Of a stretch of DNA of 64,000 bases, positions 1-9,981 are shown one piece after another. The DNA comes from a virus (lineage: Duplodnaviria > Caudoviricetes). Below the pieces are notes generated by a model, which saw only the letters and a list, made by a program, of their open reading frames with translations, was not told the DNA's origin and searched no databases. The position numbers and the translations under genes are program-made. Positions within the stretch are counted from its first letter, which is position 1; the number at the start of each line of letters is the position of its first letter. The stretch covers positions 32,001-96,000 of the IMG/VR virus record IMGVR_UViG_3300046522_000316; one strand, written 5' to 3'.

Positions 1-482
1 CCGGTTTTCAAAGTAGAACGGGAAGTCCCGTAATGCTTCGTGGTCACGGTGATGTTATGCATTACCTTTCGCCACTGGTAATCGTCGCGGTCGTAACTGT
101 GAACTTCGCGGGGTTTGCTCGGACTCACATAATACTGCGATTCTTGACGATCATTTTCCAGTTGGTTTTTGCGCATGTACTGGTGCCGGGCGCCTTCTTT
201 CTTTGGCGCTTCCGGAATCCCTTTGTACTCTTTGAATTGCTTGATGAATTTATCGACCTGTTCCTGCTTGATCGACCGATAAATCTTTTGCGGATATTTG
301 GCGAGTACCACTTGATACGCGCCAGCGGTTGGCCCCCGTGTTGCTTTTCGGAAACCAACCAAATCGTCAGCCTCGACCGTGACAGGCGTATCGTCCAGCC
401 GCAACTTAAAACTTTTACCCGCGTTGTACATCCATTCGAACTGCTTGAAATCAGCAGGTGATGCGGCAAGGGAAATAATCAT
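1..482 (-). CDS. Hypothetical protein, partial (runs off window start)
   Basis: ATG at 482 overlaps the TGA of the upstream gene; hand translation MIISLAASPADFKQFEWMYNAGKSFKLRLDD... stays open to base 1. Not in the ORF track. Confidence 0.7.
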   Translation of the reverse strand, partial: MIISLAASPADFKQFEWMYNAGKSFKLRLDDTPVTVEADDLVGFRKATRGPTAGAYQVVLAKYPQKIYRSIKQEQVDKFIKQFKEYKGIPEAPKKEGARHQYMRKNQLENDRQESQYYVSPSKPREVHSYDRDDYQWRKVMHNITVTTKHYGTSRSTLKT

Positions 483-2203
483 GTCACAATAATCTCTTTC
501 GTCGCGGTGACTGTTTCGTGTTGGAGTGTATAGGAAGTTTGCAGCGTGTACGTGCCCGGAACGGTTGCGGTTACAACACCGAGAACGATTGAAACGTTGT
601 CGTCAGAACACCAACACAACGCGCTGGCTGTGCGCTCGGAACCATCGCTGAATTCGACCAGCGCCTGATATTGCGTAGGCACCAACACACGGAACGTTTC
701 CGGCCCGGTAATGCGGGCATGGATTGGATACGTGCGATTGTCGATAATGGTCACGGGCAAACTTGCTTCCAATTCAACACCGCTAATTGACAGCGTGGCG
801 TAAACAGTCAGTTCTGCCGTTTCCATTACCTGCACCGCGTGAAGAATTCCAGCATTGGTAATCGACGCGATATGGTTATTGGAAAGTGTCCACTTAGCAG
901 GCAGCACAATGTCTGTACCGTCCGCATAAACAACGTGGAATTTCAGCGACTGGTATTCACCGACGTACATTGGCGAGCGCAATTCAATCCACGCGCTGAC
1001 AGGCAGCGTAGCGGACGGCACAACGTCAATGGTTTTGAAAGCCGAAAGGTTTTCGTACTGCGCCATGAAATTTACAGGTGTTTCCGCATCAACTTTTGGC
1101 GCTGCATAAAACTGGTTGCCATCGTCAAGGGCGCCCGCGCTTGTCACCGTGTGGATCTTCGCGGTAACGGCCTTGCGTGTCCCGTCGCTAAAAATCAGCG
1201 TGGTGTAATACTGCACGACCAGACCTTCACGAACTTTCGAAGGGCCTTCAATCTCCAGCGATTCGGCGCGCACGGTCAAACCGACGACGCTCAATTCAAC
1301 TGAAGCGCTGGTAATAATTCCATCGTATTCGAAGACGCCAATAATCGTGGTGGTTTCCACGCCTTCGACTGCGTTGGCACAAAATGCACCATTGCAGGAA
1401 ATCGTACCGGCTTCGGGATTGGTGCTGACCCAAGTCGCAACAACCTCGTTATTTTTGCCGTTATCGAAAAGAACGTCGAGGCCAAAACTGGCACGCGCAC
1501 GTTCCATAACAATTGACGGCCCGATCACAAAAGCCCTGACCGGATAAATTGCAGAATCGACAACCAGAATGTCCATGAAAATCTGGCGCGTTGCACCGTT
1601 CTCCGTGTAGGAGGCGGTAAAGCGAACCATTGCAGAGCCGCGAATCTTTTGGAAATGCGCAAGGCCCGTCACGTCAATTGTGGCAACGCTTGGGCGGCTG
1701 GAAACAAAGGTAGTCGGAACAACAATTGCGCTCGAACCGTTATCGTAATGCGCAGTGATAACGTAGGATTCGATTGTGTTTTTCTCCACCTCGGTTTTAC
1801 CGGCGATGGAAATAGAAATAAGGGCGGGCGGTGTATCAATATCCCGCACATTAATAACAACTGTTGCAGTCAGCGTGGAATCCGATCCCGCGTGATAATA
1901 CCTGCATAACGCCTGAACCGGGCGCGTGCCCGTTTGTACAGAACCAGCAGTAAATAAACCACTCGGAGTTATCGTGCCGTACTGTTCGGAAGCAACAGAC
2001 CATTCTGCCTCGACTTCGTGTTGCGAATTGTCGTCAAAAGTAACGACGGCCCGCATTTGAAAAGTCGAACGCTCCGCTATTGGAGCACTGGGGCCAACCA
2101 AATCCAATTGGACAGGCCACAGTTCCTCAAAGCTAGTATCGGCCATGAGAAAATATTCTCCATATTCAACGGAAAAAGCGGGGTGCCCAAAATAAATGGA
2201 CAA
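479..2203 (-). CDS. Ig-like (Big_2-type) repeat virion/tail fibre protein
   Basis: Repeated ~90-aa beta-rich units of the form I.GP..V......Y.A.V.F.DG......W.......I...G; lies in the fibre/sheath cluster. Confidence 0.7.
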   Translation of the reverse strand: MSIYFGHPAFSVEYGEYFLMADTSFEELWPVQLDLVGPSAPIAERSTFQMRAVVTFDDNSQHEVEAEWSVASEQYGTITPSGLFTAGSVQTGTRPVQALCRYYHAGSDSTLTATVVINVRDIDTPPALISISIAGKTEVEKNTIESYVITAHYDNGSSAIVVPTTFVSSRPSVATIDVTGLAHFQKIRGSAMVRFTASYTENGATRQIFMDILVVDSAIYPVRAFVIGPSIVMERARASFGLDVLFDNGKNNEVVATWVSTNPEAGTISCNGAFCANAVEGVETTTIIGVFEYDGIITSASVELSVVGLTVRAESLEIEGPSKVREGLVVQYYTTLIFSDGTRKAVTAKIHTVTSAGALDDGNQFYAAPKVDAETPVNFMAQYENLSAFKTIDVVPSATLPVSAWIELRSPMYVGEYQSLKFHVVYADGTDIVLPAKWTLSNNHIASITNAGILHAVQVMETAELTVYATLSISGVELEASLPVTIIDNRTYPIHARITGPETFRVLVPTQYQALVEFSDGSERTASALCWCSDDNVSIVLGVVTATVPGTYTLQTSYTLQHETVTATKEIIVT

Positions 2204-2215
2204 CCCGCCTTCACG

Positions 2216-4543
2216 TTACACGTATTTAATGGAGTATTGGTTTGTACGTGGGCTGAACTCCGGAAGAGTCGTTGCCTCGTTACGAACAATAATCCACGGA
2301 CGTACTCCGGTGCCGTCATCGTATTGCACGGTCAGAGTTTTCGGCAGGTTCGCGTCGTAGCCCGGCAGACCTTCTTCGTTACCGATTACATCGTTGCGGT
2401 AATTGATACCGTCGAAAGTAACGTTGAAAGAATTCTGCAAGTCCACGATGAACGTGTCGCCAGCGCGAGCATCCCACATCACGTAAACATAATCGTCCAC
2501 GGTGATAATGGTTTCGATGTTTTTCGCAACGCCATCGGTAGTGATATCGAGGGTGTTGGTCATTACTTTCGTAACGAAATCATCGAGGCCAGTCCAATGG
2601 GTGTACTGTTTGCCGGACGGCGACGTTTCTTCGGTCACACCGTAATCGCGTTCTTCTTGAGTAATTTCGCTGGCGATTGGGCCACCAGTAAATTGCTTGT
2701 TGGAGAACATCGCAACGCCATAACGCAGCGGCGGAATTACAACCACGCCAGTTTCGACGGTGATTGCTTTGGTCGCGTTCAAGTTAATGCCGTCTTCAGT
2801 GTAGGTCGTGCGAACGTTTACAGCACCGTTTGCAACACCAGTCACATTGCCTTCAGCATCAACGGTTGCCTTCGAAGTATCCGAAGTTGTCCAAGTGCCC
2901 GGAATCTTGTCCACGTGCGAACCATCGCTATAAGTGACGGTGTAAACGTAGGCTTTGGTTTCCAGTGGCGCGAGCGAATTCGGGCCGGTGATTGCACCCG
3001 ATACAGGCCAGTTTTTCGTGTCCGCAATCGCGATGGTTTTCTTCGCGGTAATGGTCACGCCGTTTTGGGTGTACGAAACGTTCACTTCAACGGATTTGCT
3101 GCCCGGCGCAGTCAATGGTTTTGCAGTCAACAAACCGCTTTGATCAATGGTCGCATAAGTACCAGAGGTCAGAGTCCACAGCGCGTTCACATCTGCTTCG
3201 GAAGCATCAGAGAAAACAACGTGTGCATTCAGGTCGATAGACGCAGCCTGATCAACAGTGTTCGGGCCGGTGATAGTGATTGTGTTCGGGTAAACAGCCG
3301 GGTCTTTGATTACCACAGCTTTCGTCGCGGTACGGGTCACACCAGCGCTTGCGTAAGTTGCCGACAAGTTAGTGGAAACGTCGCGAATTTGTTGCGGACG
3401 CGGAGTCAACACACCACCAACAAAAGAACCTGCGTTCGAATTGCTGGAAATAAACGCGTTCGGCGTTACGGTGGCGGTCGAACCGTCGCTGTAAGTTGCC
3501 AAAACGGTGTAGGTGCCGATTTCCGATTTCAGGAATTGCGACGGGCCAACGATTTCGATGTGGTCAAGCAGAACCAAATCCGGATCGCCAATAATGGTAA
3601 TCACGAAATCAACGAAAACAGTGTCGCCACTTTCCGGATGTTTCCAACTGGCGCGAACAGTAACCGGCGTATCAATTGCAACCAAACCAGCGTGGAAAAC
3701 GCCAGTAGCCGCATTGATCGAACCGTGTTCTTCGTTGTTGGTGATTGTCCACGTTGCCTGCACGCTGAAAAACTTCGTGCCGTCATCCATGGTCACATCG
3801 GCGCGCAATACGTGGTTAGTGTTGCCAACCACTTTTTCAGCCGGGCCAGTAACCGCAATGGAAACAGGACGCGGGCCGATGTACGCGAATTCCGTGGTAG
3901 GCGGCAACCATTCAGCGATGAAATTTCCGTCCGGCAATTCTTCGGTGATAAACATCAAGCAACCATTGCCCGGATCGGTGCCGTTTACGGTCACGTAATT
4001 TTCCGAACCGTCACCAGCGGAAAGCATGGTGCGTGGAACGTCGCCGTGGCTGTGCGGAAGCGGGTCACGTTCGTCGCTCATGCGCGTATCGTTATCACCA
4101 ACGATGATCGGAAGCAGCGGATCAACAATCACAGAATTCTGCGAAAGTTTCACACCACCGAAACGATCTTTCGAAGCCAGCGGCGGACGGAAATCAGGCA
4201 CTGCGCCCAAAATCGGATCAGCTTCTTTTTTGAAAAACTGTTCTTCGTTGAAAATTTCTTCAACGGTGGAAAGAACCGCCCACGATCCACGATAATCCTT
4301 GTCGTCGTATTTTTCTGCATCAACACGGCGCATCAGGACTTTGTAATCTTCGTGGTTTGGATCAGCGTTGATCCACGTCACGTTATACGGAACGGTCAAG
4401 GTATCCGGTTCGAGAAGAGAAACGAGGACAGAGAATTTCTTCCCATTGCCCTCGACAATAATCTCGACCGGGTTGAATTTCGAGAGGCCGCGATAGTTCA
4501 AAGCAATCGCGATTTTCTCGTCAACAAACTCGGTCAGTGTCAT
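2216..4543 (-). CDS. Tail fibre-like protein with N-terminal fibre module and Ig-like repeats
   Basis: ASKDRFGGVKLS fibre-repeat-like motif, HSH motif, then several Ig-like repeats (ITGPN...YSDGS...W.TS...AT.D..G). Confidence 0.7.
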   Translation of the reverse strand: MTLTEFVDEKIAIALNYRGLSKFNPVEIIVEGNGKKFSVLVSLLEPDTLTVPYNVTWINADPNHEDYKVLMRRVDAEKYDDKDYRGSWAVLSTVEEIFNEEQFFKKEADPILGAVPDFRPPLASKDRFGGVKLSQNSVIVDPLLPIIVGDNDTRMSDERDPLPHSHGDVPRTMLSAGDGSENYVTVNGTDPGNGCLMFITEELPDGNFIAEWLPPTTEFAYIGPRPVSIAVTGPAEKVVGNTNHVLRADVTMDDGTKFFSVQATWTITNNEEHGSINAATGVFHAGLVAIDTPVTVRASWKHPESGDTVFVDFVITIIGDPDLVLLDHIEIVGPSQFLKSEIGTYTVLATYSDGSTATVTPNAFISSNSNAGSFVGGVLTPRPQQIRDVSTNLSATYASAGVTRTATKAVVIKDPAVYPNTITITGPNTVDQAASIDLNAHVVFSDASEADVNALWTLTSGTYATIDQSGLLTAKPLTAPGSKSVEVNVSYTQNGVTITAKKTIAIADTKNWPVSGAITGPNSLAPLETKAYVYTVTYSDGSHVDKIPGTWTTSDTSKATVDAEGNVTGVANGAVNVRTTYTEDGINLNATKAITVETGVVVIPPLRYGVAMFSNKQFTGGPIASEITQEERDYGVTEETSPSGKQYTHWTGLDDFVTKVMTNTLDITTDGVAKNIETIITVDDYVYVMWDARAGDTFIVDLQNSFNVTFDGINYRNDVIGNEEGLPGYDANLPKTLTVQYDDGTGVRPWIIVRNEATTLPEFSPRTNQYSIKYV

Positions 4544-4552
4544 GACGATTCC

Positions 4553-5197
4553 TTATTTCTGAATGTCGGTAGAAGTCAGCTGGCGCCATACAGCGTTGCC
4601 ATTACCGTTCGCGATCAGAGTTGCGCCAACAACCGGCGTTGCACTGCCGGAAATGGTAATCACGGTGGTTTTGGTTTTCAGCTGCGTAGCCGGTTTTTCC
4701 GGGTGCGTGTGTTCGGTTGGTTTACGCGGATCGGAAAGACGCGGATCACCTTCACCAACAGCAATCGGGTTTGCCGGGCTGACAGGGGCAACGCTCAATT
4801 TCGCGATGCCGAGAATATCTTTCGTCGCGCCCGGAATCGGATCGAGTTGCGCCAAAATTGCCGAATCTTCCGCGTCGTAGAATTGGTCTACGTCGTATTC
4901 AGCCATGGTGTCGATCACTTCCCACGTGTGGGTCGTGCCAGCGGCCACATCAGGCTCTTTCGAAACGCGACGGCGCGCAGTGTTGTAATACGGGCCGTGG
5001 TTTGGGTTGAAATCGAACCAGATCACATTGAGTGGCAGAATTTCGTTGTACGGTTCGGTAAGCGCGCACACGGTGGTATGCACGCGGCGAACTGTCGAGT
5101 TCTGCACACGGATCGGAATCGGATTGGTTTCATCCAGATTCTGAATGTCCGAAATCACGCGAAAAGAATCGCGGATATCTACGAGTTGTTTTTCCAT
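4553..5197 (-). CDS. Short tail fibre-module protein, paralogue of the N-terminus of 2216..4543
   Basis: ATKDILGIAKLS...VGEGDPRLSDPRKPTEHTH aligns by eye with the neighbouring gene over ~170 aa. Confidence 0.65.
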   Translation of the reverse strand: MEKQLVDIRDSFRVISDIQNLDETNPIPIRVQNSTVRRVHTTVCALTEPYNEILPLNVIWFDFNPNHGPYYNTARRRVSKEPDVAAGTTHTWEVIDTMAEYDVDQFYDAEDSAILAQLDPIPGATKDILGIAKLSVAPVSPANPIAVGEGDPRLSDPRKPTEHTHPEKPATQLKTKTTVITISGSATPVVGATLIANGNGNAVWRQLTSTDIQK

Positions 5198-5202
5198 TGG
5201 AA

Positions 5203-6843
5203 TTAATTCTCTTGGAAGCTGATAGAGGAACCGAAATTGCGGATATCGGCGGTCAGGGAAGCACGGCGGGCCGGAATGCTCGGGTCGATAACGAAATCGA
5301 GGTTGATATCGTTATTCGCGATATCTGCCGGTTTGTTGTTACGGCTGTCGCAAATGGTTTCCCATTCGTACAAACCGCGACCGCGTTTTACCGTTGCTGC
5401 TTCGGCGTCCACGATGTTTTTCAGCTGCTTGCGTTCGTAATCGTCGGCAGGGTTGAAAACCGATGGCAGGAAAGCACGACGAATCATTGCTTTGATGCCG
5501 TTTACCAGACGACGCACGTTCACGTTCTGGAAACCAGACGCGAAGTTTTGCAGGGTCAGCTGTTCCATGATCACGAAACCACGGCCCGGAATTCGACGCA
5601 CGTAGTTGATTTGCGCCTGTTCCAAAGCGTTGCGTTCGCGCAGGCTGTATTTCTTGGAAAGATCCGTGACTTTTACCTGACCACGATTCAAACCAGCCGG
5701 TGCCCAGTAGTAGGCACGCACGCGGTCGGTGTACGCGTATTGCGCAGCAACCAAACCGGAAATCGGGCAAAAGAATTTCTTGCCGGAAACGTCGTCGGTA
5801 ATCTGACCACGCGGGCCGTACATTGCCGAGTAGCTGGAACTCAGGTTCAGGATATTGCGGCGGTAGTTCACAGCACGCGAAACTTCTTCGTATTCGTGCG
5901 GCAAATCAACAACCGAAATCGCGTCACCGCGTGCAGTTGCTACGGCGTCAATGCGACGGTGAATGATCGGGTTTTCGTAACCGCAACCAACCAGCAATTG
6001 CACTGCGAATTGATCGGTATCGTCGATGCCTTCCCACGCGTTGCTAACTTCGGCCACGGTTGCGCGCACGCCATCGGCGCCGCCATCCAGACGTTCGAAA
6101 GCGGAAGTGCGGATTTCAACCGGTGGGCAAAGCGAATTGTTTTTCACTTTGATGTATTGCGAGAATGCGTTTACACGCGACTCGACAAACATCTGATTGC
6201 CTTCGCCATCCAGTTCGAATTTACGCGAACACAGATACGATTCAACCGGAATGCTGGCGCTGCCCTGATAGTTCAGGAAAACTTCCAGATAGAAATGCGT
6301 CGGGTCATTGAATTCACCGACTTCGGTTCCTTCCGGGTTTGCCGGGCGAACCAATACAGTCAGTGCGCCAGCCCAATCGCCGGGGCTATTCGCGCAAACG
6401 TAAAGCAAAGCGTTTTTAACGCCCGGCTCATTTACGTTGAAACCCAACACGTCGAGCGGATTCCCCAATACGCCTTGCGGTTTGTTGGTTCCATCGTCGA
6501 AATTCACCAGTTTAATAACTGGTTCCAATGCAGCGCTATCGTCAACCGAAAGGTAGGCGCCAGCGGTGCGGGCGGTATCGGCGTTTACTGCGCGTTTAAT
6601 CCACATTGCGGTTTGCACCAAAACGTGTTCTGCGCAATGCATGCCGTAGCCGTATTTGGAATAGTTCTTGTCACCGAACTTTTCCTTCAAATCTTGCGTA
6701 TCGGTAACGTAAATCCATTCCGACGTAGAGCCGCGAGCGGACTCGATCACAGCAGCCGCAATAGAGCTAATGACCGGCGAACCGCGTTGACTTACGTCGC
6801 GATCCTGATCATAAACCCCAGCGCTGGAGTTTGTAAAAGCCAT
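5203..6843 (-). CDS. Contractile tail sheath protein
   Basis: 546 aa; sheath C-terminal motifs YYWAPAGLNRG, LEQAQINYVR, NVNVRRL, CDSRNNKPADIANN. Confidence 0.9.
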   Translation of the reverse strand: MAFTNSSAGVYDQDRDVSQRGSPVISSIAAAVIESARGSTSEWIYVTDTQDLKEKFGDKNYSKYGYGMHCAEHVLVQTAMWIKRAVNADTARTAGAYLSVDDSAALEPVIKLVNFDDGTNKPQGVLGNPLDVLGFNVNEPGVKNALLYVCANSPGDWAGALTVLVRPANPEGTEVGEFNDPTHFYLEVFLNYQGSASIPVESYLCSRKFELDGEGNQMFVESRVNAFSQYIKVKNNSLCPPVEIRTSAFERLDGGADGVRATVAEVSNAWEGIDDTDQFAVQLLVGCGYENPIIHRRIDAVATARGDAISVVDLPHEYEEVSRAVNYRRNILNLSSSYSAMYGPRGQITDDVSGKKFFCPISGLVAAQYAYTDRVRAYYWAPAGLNRGQVKVTDLSKKYSLRERNALEQAQINYVRRIPGRGFVIMEQLTLQNFASGFQNVNVRRLVNGIKAMIRRAFLPSVFNPADDYERKQLKNIVDAEAATVKRGRGLYEWETICDSRNNKPADIANNDINLDFVIDPSIPARRASLTADIRNFGSSISFQEN

Positions 6844-6940
6844 GGGTGAATCCCCTTATATGGTTGGAATACGGGAAATTAAGAATCGCGAATAAACGCA
6901 TTTCCTGTATTTAAATTACGCAAAGGGGATTTCAGGCAAC

Positions 6941-6964
6941 AAAAAAGGGGCCATATAGGCCCCC
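6941..6964 (-). terminator. Rho-independent terminator
   Basis: Minus strand GGGGCC-TATAT-GGCCCC followed by T6, downstream of 6988..7767. Confidence 0.75.
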
Positions 6965-6987
6965 GCTTTGTATTGCATTTGTAATGA

Positions 6988-7767
6988 TTAATCAGCGAAG
7001 AATTCATCATCGCTTTGTTCGAGTTCGGCATTCAATTCACGTTGCCGCGCATCCTCTTTCAGGTAGCGTTTAAACAGAACGATTGCCCACGCTTCATTGC
7101 CATCACGCCATTCGAGAATCGCCGGGGTGAATGGCTTTTCCATAAGGAATGCCATATGGCGCAGGATTTGCGAATGACGTTTACGCATAAACGATTCAAT
7201 GTAATCCGGAATCTTGTGCGGTTCGTGGCGAAAGATTCGCAGCTTCACGTAACTGAATACCAACGCTTCCAGATTGTCGTCTTCCATGAACTCGGTTGAT
7301 TCGTGGAATATTGCAACGATTTTCTGTTTGTCGGCGGCACTGAAACGCATGATCTTGTCGGGATGCGACAGCTGTTTAATCATGCGGTAGATTTCGTCAA
7401 TCGCGACGGTCTGCTCTTCTTCCTTTTTCTTTCTTACAGGCTCATTCGGATTGTTCGGATCATACTCAATCTCTTCCTCAAAATATTCGTTGTCATCACG
7501 ACGATTTTTATTCGGATCGAAATCGTCAAGGGCTGCGATCTTTGCTTTAATGATTCCCCGGCGCATATCCTCCGGTGGCAGATCCATATCCGCATCGACT
7601 TCCTCTTCGTCGTCGCCATCCTCTTCAATGCCGTCGCACATACCGCCGAGCGCGTGTTCGCATTTGGCGCTAAGCCAGCTGTAACCATGCTCAAGCATTT
7701 CAATAAACTTGTGCAGGTTCTCTTCGTCGGTTTTGATTTCTTCGAATTTCTTGAGTGAAATTGTCAT
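6988..7767 (-). CDS. J-domain-like (HPD) protein with acidic N-terminal region
   Basis: IYRMIKQLSHPDKI...KIVAIFHE resembles J-domain helix II-HPD-helix III (YRKLA..HPDK...F.EI); HPD coded at 7357..7365. Confidence 0.6.
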   Translation of the reverse strand: MTISLKKFEEIKTDEENLHKFIEMLEHGYSWLSAKCEHALGGMCDGIEEDGDDEEEVDADMDLPPEDMRRGIIKAKIAALDDFDPNKNRRDDNEYFEEEIEYDPNNPNEPVRKKKEEEQTVAIDEIYRMIKQLSHPDKIMRFSAADKQKIVAIFHESTEFMEDDNLEALVFSYVKLRIFRHEPHKIPDYIESFMRKRHSQILRHMAFLMEKPFTPAILEWRDGNEAWAIVLFKRYLKEDARQRELNAELEQSDDEFFAD

Positions 7768-8633
7768 AGCATGTCCATCAAGTCGGCCTTATCACTGCGC
7801 TTGCTGTTCAACATAAAAGCAAACTGCATTGGCATTCGCATTTTCTCCGCAAAGAACGTAACCGGGTCGCACCCGTTCACTACAACGATTCGCGGAATGT
7901 TATCGTATTTCTCAAGAAGGTCACGCACCTTTTCGAGTTTGTGTGGCGTGGAATCCGGCCCCACGTTTGCAATGATCAACATCGAAATATTGCGGCGTTG
8001 TTTTTCATCGCGTAATTCGTCTTGATACCCGCCCATAACCCGGTGCCAGATCGGAAGCAGTTTCCCTTTGTGCGAACCGGAACGCTGCTGATCAATGGCG
8101 GCATCCATGATGCTCATTGCCATAAACTTTGCGCGTTCATCGGTAGCCATGGAACCAATGCCGATAATGGGCGAACCGTGTAGCGGATTTGTCAGCATGC
8201 GATAACAGGATTCAATCTGTCGCTTCACACTGGTTTTTGCAATCTGGTAATCCTCCGGCAACCATTTCGGCACCATCGGAGTAATGGAGACAAGCGCGTC
8301 ATCTAGCAGGAACGGGCTGCGCATTACTTGCAATGCAGTCCCGTCCACGCCTTGAGCTTTCAGCAGTTTTACACGATCCGATTCAAACCGGAATTTCAGA
8401 GTTGGTGCAGGCATCCGCGCTGGTGCCGACACTTTCCCTTTCGGTTTTTTAATGCTGTTTACTTTCTCCACTACGGCGCGTTTACGCGGCTTGATGGAAC
8501 TGACTTTTTCTTGCTCCTTGCTTGCCTCTTCTTCCAACCGCTCGAACTTCAATTTCTTGAGCGGTTTTTCTTCCTTAAATTTCAGTTCCGAGGACAAGCT
8601 GCGTTTCTTGACTGGCTTCAATTCCTTTGCCAT
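7764..8633 (-). CDS. Degenerate DnaC/IstB-like AAA+ protein (putative helicase loader) with Lys-rich N-terminus
   Basis: MLIIANVGPDST...LLEKY...PRIVVVN parallels the DnaC/IstB pattern LLIIDDLG.E...II..RY...PTIITSN; Walker A and B acidic/lysine residues are absent. Confidence 0.45.
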   Translation of the reverse strand: MAKELKPVKKRSLSSELKFKEEKPLKKLKFERLEEEASKEQEKVSSIKPRKRAVVEKVNSIKKPKGKVSAPARMPAPTLKFRFESDRVKLLKAQGVDGTALQVMRSPFLLDDALVSITPMVPKWLPEDYQIAKTSVKRQIESCYRMLTNPLHGSPIIGIGSMATDERAKFMAMSIMDAAIDQQRSGSHKGKLLPIWHRVMGGYQDELRDEKQRRNISMLIIANVGPDSTPHKLEKVRDLLEKYDNIPRIVVVNGCDPVTFFAEKMRMPMQFAFMLNSKRSDKADLMDML

Positions 8634-8669
8634 CAGAGTGTCCTGTAGTGTAGGTGGATGGATATGGTA

Positions 8670-8679
8670 TATTTACAGT
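8670..8679 (-). promoter_or_regulatory. ACTGTAAATA motif, putative phage promoter
   Basis: Intergenic, ~37 nt upstream of the 8633 start; same motif recurs before several replication genes. Confidence 0.6.
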
Positions 8680-8830
8680 ATTCGACCGCCCTGTAATATC
8701 CGTGGCGCAGTCTGCACGCATACGTTGAAGCGTGTCAGACATAGCCGCATTAAAGCGCGCAAGGTGGATTTCCATTTCTTCCATCTGGATTTGCGGCCAG
8801 CCGTTTTCGGGTACGGTGCAACCGCGAACA

Positions 8831-9181
8831 CTACGGATATTTTGCAAAGCGCGCCTCCATTTCTTCACGATGAAATTCGAACGTTTCTTGCGAAACTTCC
8901 ACAGTGCGACCATCGGCGTAACCGATTTTAAAAACCGGCATTCCGTTAGGGCCACTCGGATCAGCGATCAGTTCCACAACCAAATTGCGGTCAGTGGTTT
9001 GGTGCTGCACAATGACAATACCGCCGCCGACCGTGTAATGCACCTGTTCGCCTTCGCGAAGCTTGGGAACGTAGCGGGACATTTGGCCGCGTGGCATTAC
9101 CTGAACGTGATCAAGTTCGCGCTGTTCGTATTTACCGTTCGCACAAACATTGAGCATTTGTCGTTCGTGTTCCAGTTCCAT
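8831..9181 (-). CDS. Hypothetical protein
   Basis: ORF track, coding strand; start uncertain. Confidence 0.55.
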   Translation of the reverse strand: MELEHERQMLNVCANGKYEQRELDHVQVMPRGQMSRYVPKLREGEQVHYTVGGGIVIVQHQTTDRNLVVELIADPSGPNGMPVFKIGYADGRTVEVSQETFEFHREEMEARFAKYP

Positions 9182-9419
9182 ACATCACCTCGTCAAAAGG
9201 GTGTGGAATATCAAAAGTTTTCAGAGCCTGACGCATGCCCGCATCAAAGCCCGATGGGTCAATGCCGCTCGAATCACACTCAGCCCACAACCGATTATTT
9301 TCCATCATGTTGTGTTTTCCGTGCTTGCGCAATTCGGAACGAACATAAGCAACACCCGCGTCGAAGTCTTCTTCGTAATTGCGGATGCCAAAAAGTTTAC
9401 GCAGAATTTCCTTTATCAT
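9132..9419 (-). CDS. Hypothetical protein
   Basis: Probable start MIKEILRK at 9419 (track ORF starts at 9473). Confidence 0.55.
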   Translation of the reverse strand: MIKEILRKLFGIRNYEEDFDAGVAYVRSELRKHGKHNMMENNRLWAECDSSGIDPSGFDAGMRQALKTFDIPHPFDEVMYGTGTRTTNAQCLCER

Positions 9420-9723
9420 AAGTCGGTTTCCCATCGACGCACTTTGGCCGATTATCAGGGAACGCAGGATCATCGAGAACTCGAAGAATCCCTACGTCAA
9501 GCCACGTTGTCCATTGCCCACATTTCCCGCATTTAAGCTGATCGTGTTGCATGGTTGGAGTATTTGCTTTCATTTCTGCCCAGCAATTGTCGGGCATGTT
9601 GGAATCCCACGTCTTGCAATGTGGGCAGCACTGCGAAGAATAGCGCTGTTCACCAATCACTTTTCGTTCGCCACGTTCGGCCCAGCTTTTGAGCCATTTA
9701 TAAAAACGCTTACGAATTGCCAT
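9397..9723 (-). CDS. Small Zn-ribbon protein
   Basis: CPHC...CGKC cysteine pairs. Confidence 0.6.
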   Translation of the reverse strand: MAIRKRFYKWLKSWAERGERKVIGEQRYSSQCCPHCKTWDSNMPDNCWAEMKANTPTMQHDQLKCGKCGQWTTWLDVGILRVLDDPAFPDNRPKCVDGKPTYDKGNSA

Positions 9724-9981
9724 TTAGCATTCCTTCAGTTTTTTAGTCGTGGCTGCGATAGCCCGGTTACGATGCTTTGCGGCCCGGCGTTCGGCGCGAT
9801 TGCCTGCCGGGTGTGCTGTGCCAATGATTGGTGCTGGCAGCAGCGCCGCAACATCTTCCCCCGCATCCCGACGTGCCTGCAATTCTTTGAAATGATGCAA
9901 ACGGTCGCGTGCCTCTTCTGCCGTTAGTTGCAATATTTCTGCGTCGGTCAACATTCGTGTGAAATGCGGATCAGGATTCAT
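9724..9981 (-). CDS. Small hypothetical protein (paralogue of 9982..10221)
   Basis: LTDAEILQLTAEE and NRAERRAAKHR motifs. Confidence 0.65.
   Translation of the reverse strand: MNPDPHFTRMLTDAEILQLTAEEARDRLHHFKELQARRDAGEDVAALLPAPIIGTAHPAGNRAERRAAKHRNRAIAATTKKLKEC

Noticed and set aside
2018-5206. Very long plus-strand ORFs (1062 aa here; also 5197..6849, 19681..23295, 23383..25818, 27359..28945, 33382..35196)
   Set aside because: Antisense shadows of strongly codon-biased minus-strand genes; no RBS or recognisable motifs.
8575-8955. 126-aa minus-strand ORF and a short degenerate repeat (EEME..ARF twice)
   Set aside because: Overlaps both neighbours and crosses the promoter motif. A frameshift extension of 8831..9181 is possible but unsupported.
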